This document shows, piece after piece, positions 22,438 through 32,335 of a stretch of DNA of 64,000 bases. A model generated the notes under the pieces. The model was not told the origin of the DNA, did no database searches, and was given only the letters and a program-made list of their open reading frames with translations. Within the stretch, counting starts at the first letter, position 1. Each line of letters begins with the position of its first letter. Position numbers and translations under genes: made by a program. The DNA lies in assembly GCA_963662315.1 (NCBI GenBank), contig OY759353.1, forward strand, positions 128,001 through 192,000. Reading direction: 5' to 3'. The stretch is from Geopsychrobacteraceae bacterium. Its GTDB lineage: Bacteria > Desulfobacterota > Desulfuromonadia > Desulfuromonadales > Geopsychrobacteraceae.

Positions 22438-22842
22438 TCACAAATCACCAGTTAGTTTTTGCAGGGTGAAAAGTTTTGGATTAACGCTAATGATTTCGGC
22501 AACAATTTCAGAAAATTGCTGAAAATCTACATTTTCTTCAGTATCGGTCCCCTGAAAATAACGATAACCATGAGGTAACGCGCTATACTTCCCATCGTAA
22601 AGCAGGGTCAGGTCAACCAGATCATTAACCCGACCACTGGTTTCCCATGGATCACGATAATTATACTGGCGAGCGGTGATCTGCAAGGCCAGACTGTTTA
22701 TGAATACGGCGCGGACCTCAAATGAAAAGTCGCGCGGTGAGCCATAATATTCATTGCGGCCCGACCTGCTGCGGACCTTTGCTCCAAGGTTTTCAAGATA
22801 TTCAGTGAATGATTCTTCAGACATGGGTAGCTGTTCAGGCAT
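22438..22842 (-). CDS. Hypothetical protein, third gene of the AAA/VWA operon
   Basis: Open frame whose ATG overlaps the upstream stop (ATGCCTGA); no family recognised. Confidence 0.75.
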   Translation of the reverse strand: MPEQLPMSEESFTEYLENLGAKVRSRSGRNEYYGSPRDFSFEVRAVFINSLALQITARQYNYRDPWETSGRVNDLVDLTLLYDGKYSALPHGYRYFQGTDTEENVDFQQFSEIVAEIISVNPKLFTLQKLTGDL

Positions 22843-24094
22843 CAATTTGTCTCCCGTCATTATGTCGATTCTGGCCTATTATCCTGATGTTCCTGGGCGA
22901 ATCAGGGGGGGCAAGAAACAGCTCCACACCCCAGGTCGCTGGTTTCTGCCCATCAGGGGAGAGTACCCATAGGGTAGGGATGTCGCAGGTTTCGGGGGCA
23001 GTTCCATAGCCGTCGGTCAGATAGATGATGGCTCCTGGACGGGGATTCTGGTGGCTTGCGTAGTCGAACGCTGGCCGAAAATCGGTATAGCCACCCCCGC
23101 GAAACACCTCGATGATCTGAGGGGATCCTGTGAATGATTCTATTTTCTGAATACGGCTGCCACAGTAAAGCACTGTGATTCTGCTCTGCCGTGCCCTGGT
23201 GATGTGCATAAGTTCACAGGCAAATGCTTCTCTTAGCGTCTGCGTATCGGTTGAATCGCTGACATCTATCGCCACCAGCAGATTCAAATATTGTTGCTTG
23301 CGATGACCTGGAGTCCTCTGCCCGAAACGGCGATGGGGGCGAGTCCAGGTTGTCGTTGCCCCAACCCTGCCGGCGGTGCCAATAAATTGTCTGAGAATCT
23401 GCTGCCAGGGAATTTTAGGGGGAGCCAAATACTGAGCAAGTAGATTTTTCAGGTCTGCTTCAAGCTCTTGATGACATTTTTTCCAAGCACTTTGGACCAT
23501 TTGCCTGACGACTTGCTCAGCCAGCGCCAGGGGGGTCCGATCAGCTTCCTGCCAGTAACTATGGTCATCAACAGGCTGGAACTGCTGCGAGGCTTGCGTC
23601 AGTTGGCCTGTCGATTTTTGCCCCATGTCAGTCATCGTCTGATTGTTTCCATGACCAGCTTTTTTCAGTTTCCCAAGAACCGGCATAAGTGTCAGGCGTT
23701 GATAATATTCTTCGGCGGCAAGCCCTGAAGGGAACTTGAATTTCGATGGCTGAGGGGCTTCTGGTGGCAGATTGTCAATGCTTGGATTAATGGCAAGGTC
23801 ACAGGCTAGATCCCAGGCCCACTGCTGCCTCTCTTTGCGTCGACTGGGGTGAAGATGCAGAACATGCTTTACCAGATGCTCAAGCATGGCAACCCGTTCG
23901 GCATCGCTGAACAACGCATACCGGGCCGGATTAATGAACAGGGTCGGAGTGCCGTCACATATTGTAACCGCCAGGGCCTGTTCTGTTGACATTGTCCGAC
24001 GGCGAAACTGCAGCAAAAAGTGACCGTAAAAAGGCCGGTGTTTTAGCAGCTGGACAACTGTATTCTGTAGAAGCCGCAATGGATCAGGCGACAT
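22835..24094 (-). CDS. DUF2201-type metallopeptidase-like + VWA domain protein
   Basis: PFYGHFL, EHLVKH, ACDLAIN, DDHSYW, MIDAS DVSDS, GGGYTDF, YLTDG. Confidence 0.85.
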   Translation of the reverse strand: MSPDPLRLLQNTVVQLLKHRPFYGHFLLQFRRRTMSTEQALAVTICDGTPTLFINPARYALFSDAERVAMLEHLVKHVLHLHPSRRKERQQWAWDLACDLAINPSIDNLPPEAPQPSKFKFPSGLAAEEYYQRLTLMPVLGKLKKAGHGNNQTMTDMGQKSTGQLTQASQQFQPVDDHSYWQEADRTPLALAEQVVRQMVQSAWKKCHQELEADLKNLLAQYLAPPKIPWQQILRQFIGTAGRVGATTTWTRPHRRFGQRTPGHRKQQYLNLLVAIDVSDSTDTQTLREAFACELMHITRARQSRITVLYCGSRIQKIESFTGSPQIIEVFRGGGYTDFRPAFDYASHQNPRPGAIIYLTDGYGTAPETCDIPTLWVLSPDGQKPATWGVELFLAPPDSPRNIRIIGQNRHNDGRQIDA

Positions 24095-25145
24095 CCTGGC
24101 TGATGTGACGGATGGTGTCGAGTATAGTGTCATCGTATTTATCCTGACAAAGGATATTTGCAACAGCAGGGATGCGGAGCAGGGCTTTCACCAGGCCGAA
24201 GCGCATGTCGCGCGGGAGAATATCTATGTAGGCGACCAGGTTGTCCTGACGGGCTGGGTTAAGTTCCGGATTCTGCTGCAGGACATGGATCAGGTCATGC
24301 ATGGTCGCCGCTTGAATGTCATCCCTTTGTCCCTGTGCCTGATCTGCAACCTGTGCCCAGTTGTTCAGAATGTCGGTTGCCTGAAGATGTCTGTCGTGCT
24401 GTTCAGCACACCATTGCAGGAAACTGACTGCTGCTTCACGTCCAATCACACCACTATAAACTTCCATTTCCAGTTCCTTGGGAAAACGGCACTGCTGGCG
24501 CAGGGTGCTGACCATTTCCCAAGACCGTTCTGAGGGCTCAATCTGCATATCCATAGGGGGGTTGTTTAAGGACAGGAACTGTTCGTTGGCCGTAATAAAC
24601 TGGCGGACCATCGTGTCATAGTTTTCCTGTGACGCATGGCGCGACCAGCATTGCGCATCGGTTTCAACCATAATGACAACCATCCGGTCTAGTAGTGCCC
24701 GGTCAAGGGGGGCGACCTGATAAGTTCCGTCAGGAGGATTGATGGCGACTACAACCCGATGCTGAGGTGAAAGTTTATGGGTATGAAGTGCTCGTTGCTG
24801 CCCTTCTGCGGGGGGTTCCACAAATTGAAAAATGGCCTGTAGAGTGTCTTCCTGCTGGGCGCGGTTGAGTTCATCACAGTGAATGACTGTAGATGCGGCA
24901 TCATGGGTCGGCCACCAACAGGGGCGTGACCAGTGCATGACGTCACCATCGCGATAGGGAATGCCAACCAGGTCTCCAACTTCCATCTGCCCAAGACGCA
25001 GTGGTATATATGCCTTGCCGAGATCACGACAGGTTTGGATGATCCCGGCCGTTTTGCCGACGCCACGATGCCCTACGACACAGGGAGTTAAGTCTGTTTT
25101 CGTCAAGATTTCTTTCAGAACGATTTTCATCTGATCGATATTCAT
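24084..25145 (-). CDS. AAA+ ATPase (MoxR/dynein-related)
   Basis: Walker A GHRGVGKT, Walker B CDELNR, LDRALLDR, PSERSW. Confidence 0.9.
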   Translation of the reverse strand: MNIDQMKIVLKEILTKTDLTPCVVGHRGVGKTAGIIQTCRDLGKAYIPLRLGQMEVGDLVGIPYRDGDVMHWSRPCWWPTHDAASTVIHCDELNRAQQEDTLQAIFQFVEPPAEGQQRALHTHKLSPQHRVVVAINPPDGTYQVAPLDRALLDRMVVIMVETDAQCWSRHASQENYDTMVRQFITANEQFLSLNNPPMDMQIEPSERSWEMVSTLRQQCRFPKELEMEVYSGVIGREAAVSFLQWCAEQHDRHLQATDILNNWAQVADQAQGQRDDIQAATMHDLIHVLQQNPELNPARQDNLVAYIDILPRDMRFGLVKALLRIPAVANILCQDKYDDTILDTIRHISQDVA

Positions 25146-25382
25146 AATAAATCCATTTTGGTGCTTTTATGAAATAATACTGAAGTTGTCAGCTATTGAT
25201 AGCATAGCATCGAAATAGGTGCAAGCCTGGCCATGCTGCCAGGGAATTGCTAACTTTTTATTGGGGCGTGACGGAGAAGATCCTGGCCGACAATTGCGCT
25301 GACAAAAACAAAGTCCGACAGGAAATAAGCTCTCGGCCGGACTGCTTTAGATTTTTGGAGCTGTATGGACAGATGACAGCGT

Positions 25383-26621
25383 CTAGCTGACCAGGGAGTG
25401 GATAATTTTTTCTGTTTCCATACGGAGAATTTCAACAGCTTCTTCAGTAATGAAAAACTTATTGACGATATCTGTGGGAATTTGCCGTATGACAGAATCC
25501 CCGTTAGAGCCATAGTTGAAGTTGTAGCTGAGCAGATTTGCTGCGAATGTCGCACTGATAATATCCTGCTCCATTGGCGTGTTTTGCGGAGCATGGTGCC
25601 AATAAATAGCATTGACAATAAAAGGTGGCAGCGCCCACCATTCAGCCAGGAATCCACCCAGTTCGGCATGATCGGTGTTGTACTGATTACGCTCGGCAGT
25701 CTCTAGCGGGATTTTATTCAGTTTGGATGCCATGATCGCATGCTCAAATTTATCCGCAAAGAAAGATGCAGTCACCAGCTTCCCCATATCGTGGAGCAAC
25801 CCGGCTACAAACGCTCGATCATGGCGCATAGTATCCGCAGGATAGACTGTTTTTATCAGTAGCCTGCTCAGACACGCCGAGGCCATTGAATGTTTCTGGA
25901 AACGTTTGAAATCAAAGCCTTTAACTTTGATCACTTTGTCAGAGATGGCCCGGTTGACCGCTTCAGACAAGATGAGATTTTCAACGATATCTGTTCCGAG
26001 AACGATAATTGCTTTTTTGATCGTATCAACCTGAAAGCGTTGGCCAAATAACGCCGAATTGGCCCACCGCAACAGAATGCTGGTCAATGACACGTCTTGA
26101 CCGATATACTGCGCCATTTTTTCAACATCAACATCATCGGCGGTGATACAGGAGCGGACATTGTTATAGCTTTCCGGTAATGAGGGCAATAACGGTATTG
26201 AATTGATCAGTTGTTGAAACTCTGGACTGTGTTTCTTCTGCTGCTCTGTCTGACGGATAGCGCTTCGGATAACCTCTTTGAATTCCTGGTCAACCCATGG
26301 TATGGCGATCAGTTGCTGGGCAATGCCTTCAGCGAGTGCTTTGATAACCGTATCCTGGGAATTAAAGGCGGTAAGGATAATTCTGGTTACAGTTGAAAAG
26401 TGCTGTTTGACCGTCGTCAGTAACTCGATACCATGGCCATCTTCGAGGTCCGTATCCGTAACAATCAGATCAATGCTTTGATCCTTCAAAACTTCAAGCG
26501 CATTGATTGTGCTATTGGCAAAAATAATTGTCCACGCTTCATCACACAGCAGAGCGTGTATTGCCTGGCAGACGTCAGAGCTTTTCTCAACAAATAAGAT
26601 GGATGGTTTCGAGGCGGACAT
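25383..26621 (-). CDS. Receiver + HDOD domain signalling protein
   Basis: REC-like N-terminus; LPSLP, ANSALFG, AGLLHDMGK, HAELG...WWALP. Confidence 0.9.
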   Translation of the reverse strand: MSASKPSILFVEKSSDVCQAIHALLCDEAWTIIFANSTINALEVLKDQSIDLIVTDTDLEDGHGIELLTTVKQHFSTVTRIILTAFNSQDTVIKALAEGIAQQLIAIPWVDQEFKEVIRSAIRQTEQQKKHSPEFQQLINSIPLLPSLPESYNNVRSCITADDVDVEKMAQYIGQDVSLTSILLRWANSALFGQRFQVDTIKKAIIVLGTDIVENLILSEAVNRAISDKVIKVKGFDFKRFQKHSMASACLSRLLIKTVYPADTMRHDRAFVAGLLHDMGKLVTASFFADKFEHAIMASKLNKIPLETAERNQYNTDHAELGGFLAEWWALPPFIVNAIYWHHAPQNTPMEQDIISATFAANLLSYNFNYGSNGDSVIRQIPTDIVNKFFITEEAVEILRMETEKIIHSLVS

Positions 26622-26800
26622 GCTGGTAACCCTTAGCCGTAAGGTTCACCCCCAAAGCGTAAAATTACTACTCAGGGAGATAAATGTTTTCAATTGAAGT
26701 TGCAGGAGCCAAAGAGTGTTGCATAGTTTGTATAAAATGTTGATACCTTTTTATTTATACCAGGGATTTTGAGCAATATCAGGTAGTAAAAATAAAAAAA

Positions 26801-26834
26801 CAGGCTCTAAATCTGGTATGAGATTCAGAGCCTG
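26801..26834 (-). terminator. Intrinsic terminator of the SH3-domain gene
   Basis: caggctct...agagcctg stem followed by a T-run on the minus strand. Confidence 0.7.
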
Positions 26835-26862
26835 ATGATATTTTGGATAAATGCAGAATCCG

Positions 26863-27543
26863 TCAGAAACGAGAAAAGCCTCGTTGTTTTTTACGTGAGA
26901 TCTTTCCGATCAGCCAGCCAAAAAAGAATACTCCACCACCTGCTAAAAACCACTGAATCATGTTTGAGCGGTGAAAGTCACTGTTTTCTTCGCGCAAAAT
27001 AAGCAGTTCATTGTTGAGCTGTTTGTTTTGCTCTATCAGTGCTTCATTCTCCTCACTCAGGGAAATGACATTTTGAGAATTTTTCAACAACAGCTCGTAA
27101 TCGTCCTGGACCTTGTGCAAGCTTTTACGGGTGGCTTCAAGTTGAGTTGACAGGGAGGACTTTTCCTCTTCACTGGAGCTCGCTTCAGCCATCTTGGTTT
27201 GAGCAACTTCCTGCTGCTTGGCCAATTCTCCCTGTAGTGAGCTGATCTGCGCTTTTAACTGTTCAATCTGCACTGATTTGGGGAGAGCTGATGAAATATA
27301 TTGAGTTAACGCGTAACCTTCGTTCCCTTTAGGGGTGCGAACTTTAAGGTAGGTATCCCCCTCTTCAAGAACCTGAACTTTGGTTCCTGTCTTAAGCGTT
27401 TCAATAATCTGGTAGTTGGTCCCTTGACCCGTTCTGACTGTTATAACAAGAGTATCTGCAACATAGCGGGTGTCGGCCCAGCCCGGTGTGGTTGTGACAG
27501 CGATAAAGCAGATAATAAAAATTATCGGGGCGAAACATTTCAT
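26863..27543 (-). CDS. SH3-domain coiled-coil membrane-anchored protein (YgiM/TIGR04211-like)
   Basis: Signal peptide, YVADTL-ITVRTG SH3b, coiled coil, C-terminal WFLAGGGV TM and basic tail. Confidence 0.85.
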   Translation of the reverse strand: MKCFAPIIFIICFIAVTTTPGWADTRYVADTLVITVRTGQGTNYQIIETLKTGTKVQVLEEGDTYLKVRTPKGNEGYALTQYISSALPKSVQIEQLKAQISSLQGELAKQQEVAQTKMAEASSSEEEKSSLSTQLEATRKSLHKVQDDYELLLKNSQNVISLSEENEALIEQNKQLNNELLILREENSDFHRSNMIQWFLAGGGVFFFGWLIGKISRKKQRGFSRF

Positions 27544-27657
27544 TCTGTTCTCCTTGGCGTATCTTCTTATCATTTATGGAACCAACCGGGATATTACAAA
27601 GGGAAGCAGGTTAATTCAAGCCTTCATTCCCGGATTTGGAAAGATCATTAAAATTAG

Positions 27658-28896
27658 TCAGATCAGCAGTGCCGCAACCGCTGCTGTCATACTGGTGGCA
27701 AGAGTTCCAGCAAGCAGGGAGCGTAGCCCAAGGGTTATAATCTCATGACGTCTTTGTGGGACCATGGCGCTCATGCCACCAATCATAATCCCCAGACTGC
27801 CTGGGTTGGCAAACCCACATAAGGCGTAGCTCATAATATACAGGCTGCGCTGACTCAAGGTCCCCGGGGTCAATTGTGCCATGTCCAGGTACGCAATAAA
27901 TTCGTTGATGACTGTTTTTGTCCCGAACAGCGCTCCGGCTGCCTGGGTTTCTTGCCAGGGGATGCCGATGAGCCAGGTAAGCGGAGCCAGAATGAAGCCG
28001 AAAATCTGTTGTAAAGTCAACGGCTCTTCCGTTCCGGGAAGCAGCGCCAGCAGGGTATTGCAGATAAATACCAGTGCAACCATGACGATAATCATGGCCA
28101 TAATATTGATCAGCAGTTCGATCCCCAGGGTTGTTCCCTTGGCAATAGCGTCAATGCTGCTGCGCGTGTCCGAGTCGAGGCTGAGGTTCCCCTGGGTCGC
28201 CTGTCCCGTTTCGGGTACCATGATTTTGGCAATGACAACCGCTGCCGGAGCACTGATCAGGGATGCCGTCAAAATATGTCCCATGATATCGGGCAGCAAG
28301 GGGCTGAGAATGCTGGCGTAAAGAACCATTACGGTGCCGGCAATGGTAGCCATGCCACAGGTCATCAAGGAAAACAGTTCACTGCGGGTCATCGTTGCCA
28401 GGTACGGGCGGATAATTAGAGGTGATTCGACCATGCCAACAAAAATATTCGCGGTAATGCCCAGACTTTCTGCTCCACCCAGGCGCATGCTGCGGGAAAA
28501 GATCCAGGCAAATATGCGCACGACAGCCGGCAGTATTTTCCAGTAGAACAGCAGCGACGATAGGGCGCTCACTAACAGCACCAGCGGCAAACCACGAAAG
28601 GCAAGAATATATGCTGCCCCCGGAAACGCTTCACTAAAGGGTAGGGGGGCACCGCCGAGGTAACCAAAAATCATCGATGTTCCTGCTTCCGTCGCCTTTT
28701 GCAAGGTCAGAACCAGGCGATTCAGGTTGAAAAACAGATTGCTAAGAACTGGAATCCTGAGCAGTATCAATGCCAGGAACAGCTGTAGGACAACTCCGCT
28801 GATGGCTATCCTGAGTGGGAACAGGCGCCGGTTCTCGCTGAGGAGCCAGGCCATCGCAATAAAACCGAAAAGTCCCAGAATTGGCTGTATCCACAT
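27658..28896 (-). CDS. Concentrative nucleoside transporter (NupC/CNT family)
   Basis: NIFVGMVESP, GMATIAG, KTVINEF, ALCGFAN; ATG at 28896. Confidence 0.93.
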   Translation of the reverse strand: MWIQPILGLFGFIAMAWLLSENRRLFPLRIAISGVVLQLFLALILLRIPVLSNLFFNLNRLVLTLQKATEAGTSMIFGYLGGAPLPFSEAFPGAAYILAFRGLPLVLLVSALSSLLFYWKILPAVVRIFAWIFSRSMRLGGAESLGITANIFVGMVESPLIIRPYLATMTRSELFSLMTCGMATIAGTVMVLYASILSPLLPDIMGHILTASLISAPAAVVIAKIMVPETGQATQGNLSLDSDTRSSIDAIAKGTTLGIELLINIMAMIIVMVALVFICNTLLALLPGTEEPLTLQQIFGFILAPLTWLIGIPWQETQAAGALFGTKTVINEFIAYLDMAQLTPGTLSQRSLYIMSYALCGFANPGSLGIMIGGMSAMVPQRRHEIITLGLRSLLAGTLATSMTAAVAALLI

Positions 28897-29168
28897 GATG
28901 GGGGTCTCTCTTGGCGTGAATCTGACGCTACCCGTCTGGATTATTACACAGGTAACTGTCTGTACACTACTTAATGCCGGTAAAATGTGCTTTATAGCAG
29001 AACTTAACGGATTTGGCCAACCTCTAAAAGTACAATTGTTTTTATCTAACTTGATAGATTTACTTGAGTTATACATTTTCTATGAGGACAGGACCCGGTT
29101 TGCCGAGTATACTATCTTTAGTATGAGCTGTTATTTCAACCATTATTGATTCGGGGGGTAGTATCGTT

Positions 29169-29672
29169 ATGCTACGAGTTGTTGTGCTGTTTCTTCTCCT
29201 GTTGTTCCTGTTTGGCTGTACAGGGAGTTTTACCCGGATTGCCAATTCTGATAAAACCATCTCGGCCAGTGGTGAAGTTCCCGGACAGACCCGTGAGCAG
29301 CTGTTTGGCGGGACGAAGGTCTGGATGGAAGAAAATTTTGCGGTGATGGCAAAGCCGATCGTGGATGAGGATTATCGCGCTGCGGTGGTGGTCGGTAATG
29401 GCCAGATCGATTATCCCTGTTCCTTTATCAGCTGTTTGACAAAGTCAGGTTGGAAGGTTTCCTTTATGATGAAGGTCAGGGCCGACAATGAGGTCATTGA
29501 AACGACATTTTGGAATGTGACTTTGCTCTCATCGGAGCAGAATGGTGATAGGCTGTATGCACAAGGAATGGCGTCACCGGTTTGGTCGGTGCGGGATATG
29601 AACGCAATCAGGCCGTTATTACTGGACCTTCATACGGAGTTGTTGCGGACTCTGCGCAAGGCAGGGTTCTGA
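29169..29672 (+). CDS. Putative lipoprotein
   Basis: Lipobox LFGC after a hydrophobic stretch. Confidence 0.75.
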   Translation: MLRVVVLFLLLLFLFGCTGSFTRIANSDKTISASGEVPGQTREQLFGGTKVWMEENFAVMAKPIVDEDYRAAVVVGNGQIDYPCSFISCLTKSGWKVSFMMKVRADNEVIETTFWNVTLLSSEQNGDRLYAQGMASPVWSVRDMNAIRPLLLDLHTELLRTLRKAGF

Positions 29673-29691
29673 GGTTCCGGATGGCAACCCG

Positions 29692-30621
29692 CTATTGAGC
29701 GACCGATTGTGCTTTTATGTAGAGAGTCAACCCGGCCAAGGTCAGAATAATGCCGATGCCGCTAGTGATGGTCGGTAGCGCCCCACCCAGAAGAATGAGC
29801 TCACCGAGTAATGAAAACAGTACCTCACAGGACTGTAAGGAGTCGACGGCTGCAAGTTGATAAGAGTTTTCAGCCAGATGACGGGCTTGCAAAAACAGAG
29901 TTGTGGCGATAACTCCCGAAAAGATGGCAACCTGAAAGGTGCTGACCCATTGCCCAGGGGATGGGGCCGGTGGCTGAACGCACAGATATAAAATGATCCA
30001 GAATGGCGCTGTGCCCAGGGTTAGTAACAGGATGCGTATAAATGGATTATCAAGCAGTTCATTTCTGACCGCAGGTAACAGACGGTTCCCCTGTCGTTGA
30101 GCTTCCCACAGCATCTGATTGCCCAGTGGGTAGGCAATGGCCGCGATCAGTACTGGAACCCCGCCAAGGAGTAACTCCCGGACCGTAACCTGATTGGCCT
30201 GTCCAAGATTGACGGCGATAATGCCGGCAAAGATCACCAGGGTGTAGGCGATGGCCCGCAACGGCACTTTTTTGCCAAACAGAAGCAATACGGCTGGGGT
30301 CGCCAGAATGGTCATCTGCCAAGTCGTTGCAACGACCCAGCCCGGAGCAAAAGTGGCACTGAAGCTGATCAGAGAGTAAAAGACGCCAAATCCTATGCCG
30401 CCGGTCAGACACCAGAAGACCCAGTGTCTGAAAAATAATCTTAAGGTGCCGACAAGTAGCGCTCCTTTACCGGAGACGATCAACCAGCCGACAAGCAGGC
30501 CTGCCATCCACAGGTAACGCAGGGACGCTGTCCAGAACCAGTGCCCTCCACTTAAACTGATCGCTCTGTTAAGAATAAAGGTACTGCTGAAAAATAACGC
30601 GGAAAGCAGCCCGACCAGCAT
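29692..30621 (-). CDS. DMT-superfamily multidrug-efflux-like membrane protein
   Basis: ALFFSSTFILNRAISLSGGHW, about 10 TM helices. Confidence 0.8.
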   Translation of the reverse strand: MLVGLLSALFFSSTFILNRAISLSGGHWFWTASLRYLWMAGLLVGWLIVSGKGALLVGTLRLFFRHWVFWCLTGGIGFGVFYSLISFSATFAPGWVVATTWQMTILATPAVLLLFGKKVPLRAIAYTLVIFAGIIAVNLGQANQVTVRELLLGGVPVLIAAIAYPLGNQMLWEAQRQGNRLLPAVRNELLDNPFIRILLLTLGTAPFWIILYLCVQPPAPSPGQWVSTFQVAIFSGVIATTLFLQARHLAENSYQLAAVDSLQSCEVLFSLLGELILLGGALPTITSGIGIILTLAGLTLYIKAQSVAQ

Positions 30622-30650
30622 GATTTTCGTCAGGTTGGAATGGTTCTGGT

Positions 30651-30974
30651 TCAGGGCAGGTAATCCTCTCTTAACGGGGCGAAAACTTCAATCGCAACTG
30701 AGTCTGCCAGTACCTCGGCTTTGTGTTCAACCTCTCCGGGGATACACCAGCTATCGCCGGGCTTGACGGTAAAAGTCTGGCCACCGATAGTCAGCAGCAT
30801 ATGGCCACTGACCAGATATCCGGTCTGTTCGTGGGGGTGACTATGGCTTGGCAGCAGGGCGCCCTGTTGCAGACGGAACTCGCTCATCAGGGTTTTATCG
30901 CCATGGACCAGGGTTTTCATTTCAATTTTCTCAATCGCGAGCTTGTAACCTTCTTCGCTGTGACTGCTAAACAT
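30651..30974 (-). CDS. Cupin domain protein
   Basis: PSHSHPHEQ, PGDSW-IP...H, EVFAP-REDY. Confidence 0.9.
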   Translation of the reverse strand: MFSSHSEEGYKLAIEKIEMKTLVHGDKTLMSEFRLQQGALLPSHSHPHEQTGYLVSGHMLLTIGGQTFTVKPGDSWCIPGEVEHKAEVLADSVAIEVFAPLREDYLP

Positions 30975-31420
30975 TGATGCTCCTTTATGTCCTACTTATG
31001 CTGGTAGATTGGTGTAAAGCGTAGTCCCTGTTTAATAATTTCTTGCTGGGCAATGCGTAACGATCCCTATCTTGCTGCCGTGTCAAAGCGACTGCTGTTA
31101 CCCGAAACGACCAAGGCTCCGGCAGATTTTGCAATAGCCTTAAAATGGTGCCTTTGTAAAATCACATCTGTTTCGCCATGTCAGCCAGAGACAAATGAAT
31201 CGCGCCACGGTTAAATCTTCTAAGAATAGACAGCGCCCCACGACAGAGCTTAGAGCGTTGCTGCGGGAAGCATTGTTGTTATTTCATTGTCACGATTTAT
31301 CTGCATAATATTGAACGGGATTCATTGAAGTCAATCATCTCTTCCAGATGGCGGTAAGCATTTGTCAATAACGTGGTATTGCCACGAATTGGGGTTGGTG
31401 TTGTTTAAAATAAAATACTA

Positions 31421-32204
31421 TCACTGCGGTCTCATCGTTTCAAATAAGTGATAACTGTCTGTCGCATAACGATATTTTTGGTTTTGCGGCAAAAATAGCT
31501 CTTTGAAAGCGCGTCGTTCAAACAAGTTTAGCTGTAATATTCGTAACATCTGCTGCATGGAGCGTCCGACCTTCGACTGGAACTTCAGGAATGCCAGCAC
31601 TCTTTGTACCATTCAGAGACCGTTGTCGCCGGAATATCCAGTGCGTTGGACACAAATTCGTGAGTGATGTTGGTCTCAGCATCCAGATACACGACCTTAC
31701 GGTATACGCCGTCGATGCCTTGCAACTGAATTTTCTGATCTCATTGCACTCCTGGGTTTTCCCGGCTCCTTTCTCCTTGCGGTACTTTGCCCAGGGAAAC
31801 AGGGACCGCGTCAGGTCAATCATTGATGCATCCAGGAGAAAAAGCTTCTGTTTAAACTTGAACCGCTTTCGCGGTGCGCAACTCTGGCTGCGAGCCAGTA
31901 ACTGCTGAAATAAGGCCTCGTAGATCTGATGAGGCTGTGTTTCATTCGCTCTGTCCCAGGTTGCCCGGCTGAATGGCCTGACACCAAGGTGGTAGCGCTT
32001 GGCGCCTTGAGCTGCGATATTATCCGTAATATCCCGTAGACTGTTGCGGCCGGTCAATTGGACTGTCAACAGGGCGACAAATTGAACCCAACGGGAAAAC
32101 GAGCGGAATTTCTGACCGGCGTGATGTTTGTTCGCCAAAGCCTGAAATTCATGTCTCGGGAAAATTCGTACAATTTGAGAAAGAACAGTGCCACAATGTG
32201 CCAT
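31421..32204 (-). pseudogene. IS4 transposase pseudogene (DUF4372-type N-terminus)
   Basis: MAHCGTVLSQ...SLRDI...LDASMIDL...FPWAKYR, then frame-shifted YRKVVYLD...YKECW and LAFLKFQSK...LNLFERR pieces. Confidence 0.85.
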
Positions 32205-32308
32205 GGCTTGGAACTTCTTGTTTTTAATGTGTGGTTTTGGCGAATTCAATGTGACACACGTGGGCTCCAGGCCATTGTTTTTATTGATCAAACTGTGAAA
32301 CATCAGTG
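31422..32308 (-). mobile_element. Internally deleted IS4-family insertion sequence remnant
   Basis: Transposase fragments in several frames; imperfect terminal IRs cactgcggtctca / tgaaacatcagtg (10 of 13 match). Confidence 0.8.
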
Positions 32309-32335
32309 ACTCTGTCGGGCTTTTCGTCTTAAGTA

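Noticed and set aside
25220..25236. sigma54-like TGGC...TTGCA upstream of the AAA ATPase
   Set aside because: Spacing between the -24 and -12 elements is 2 nt too short
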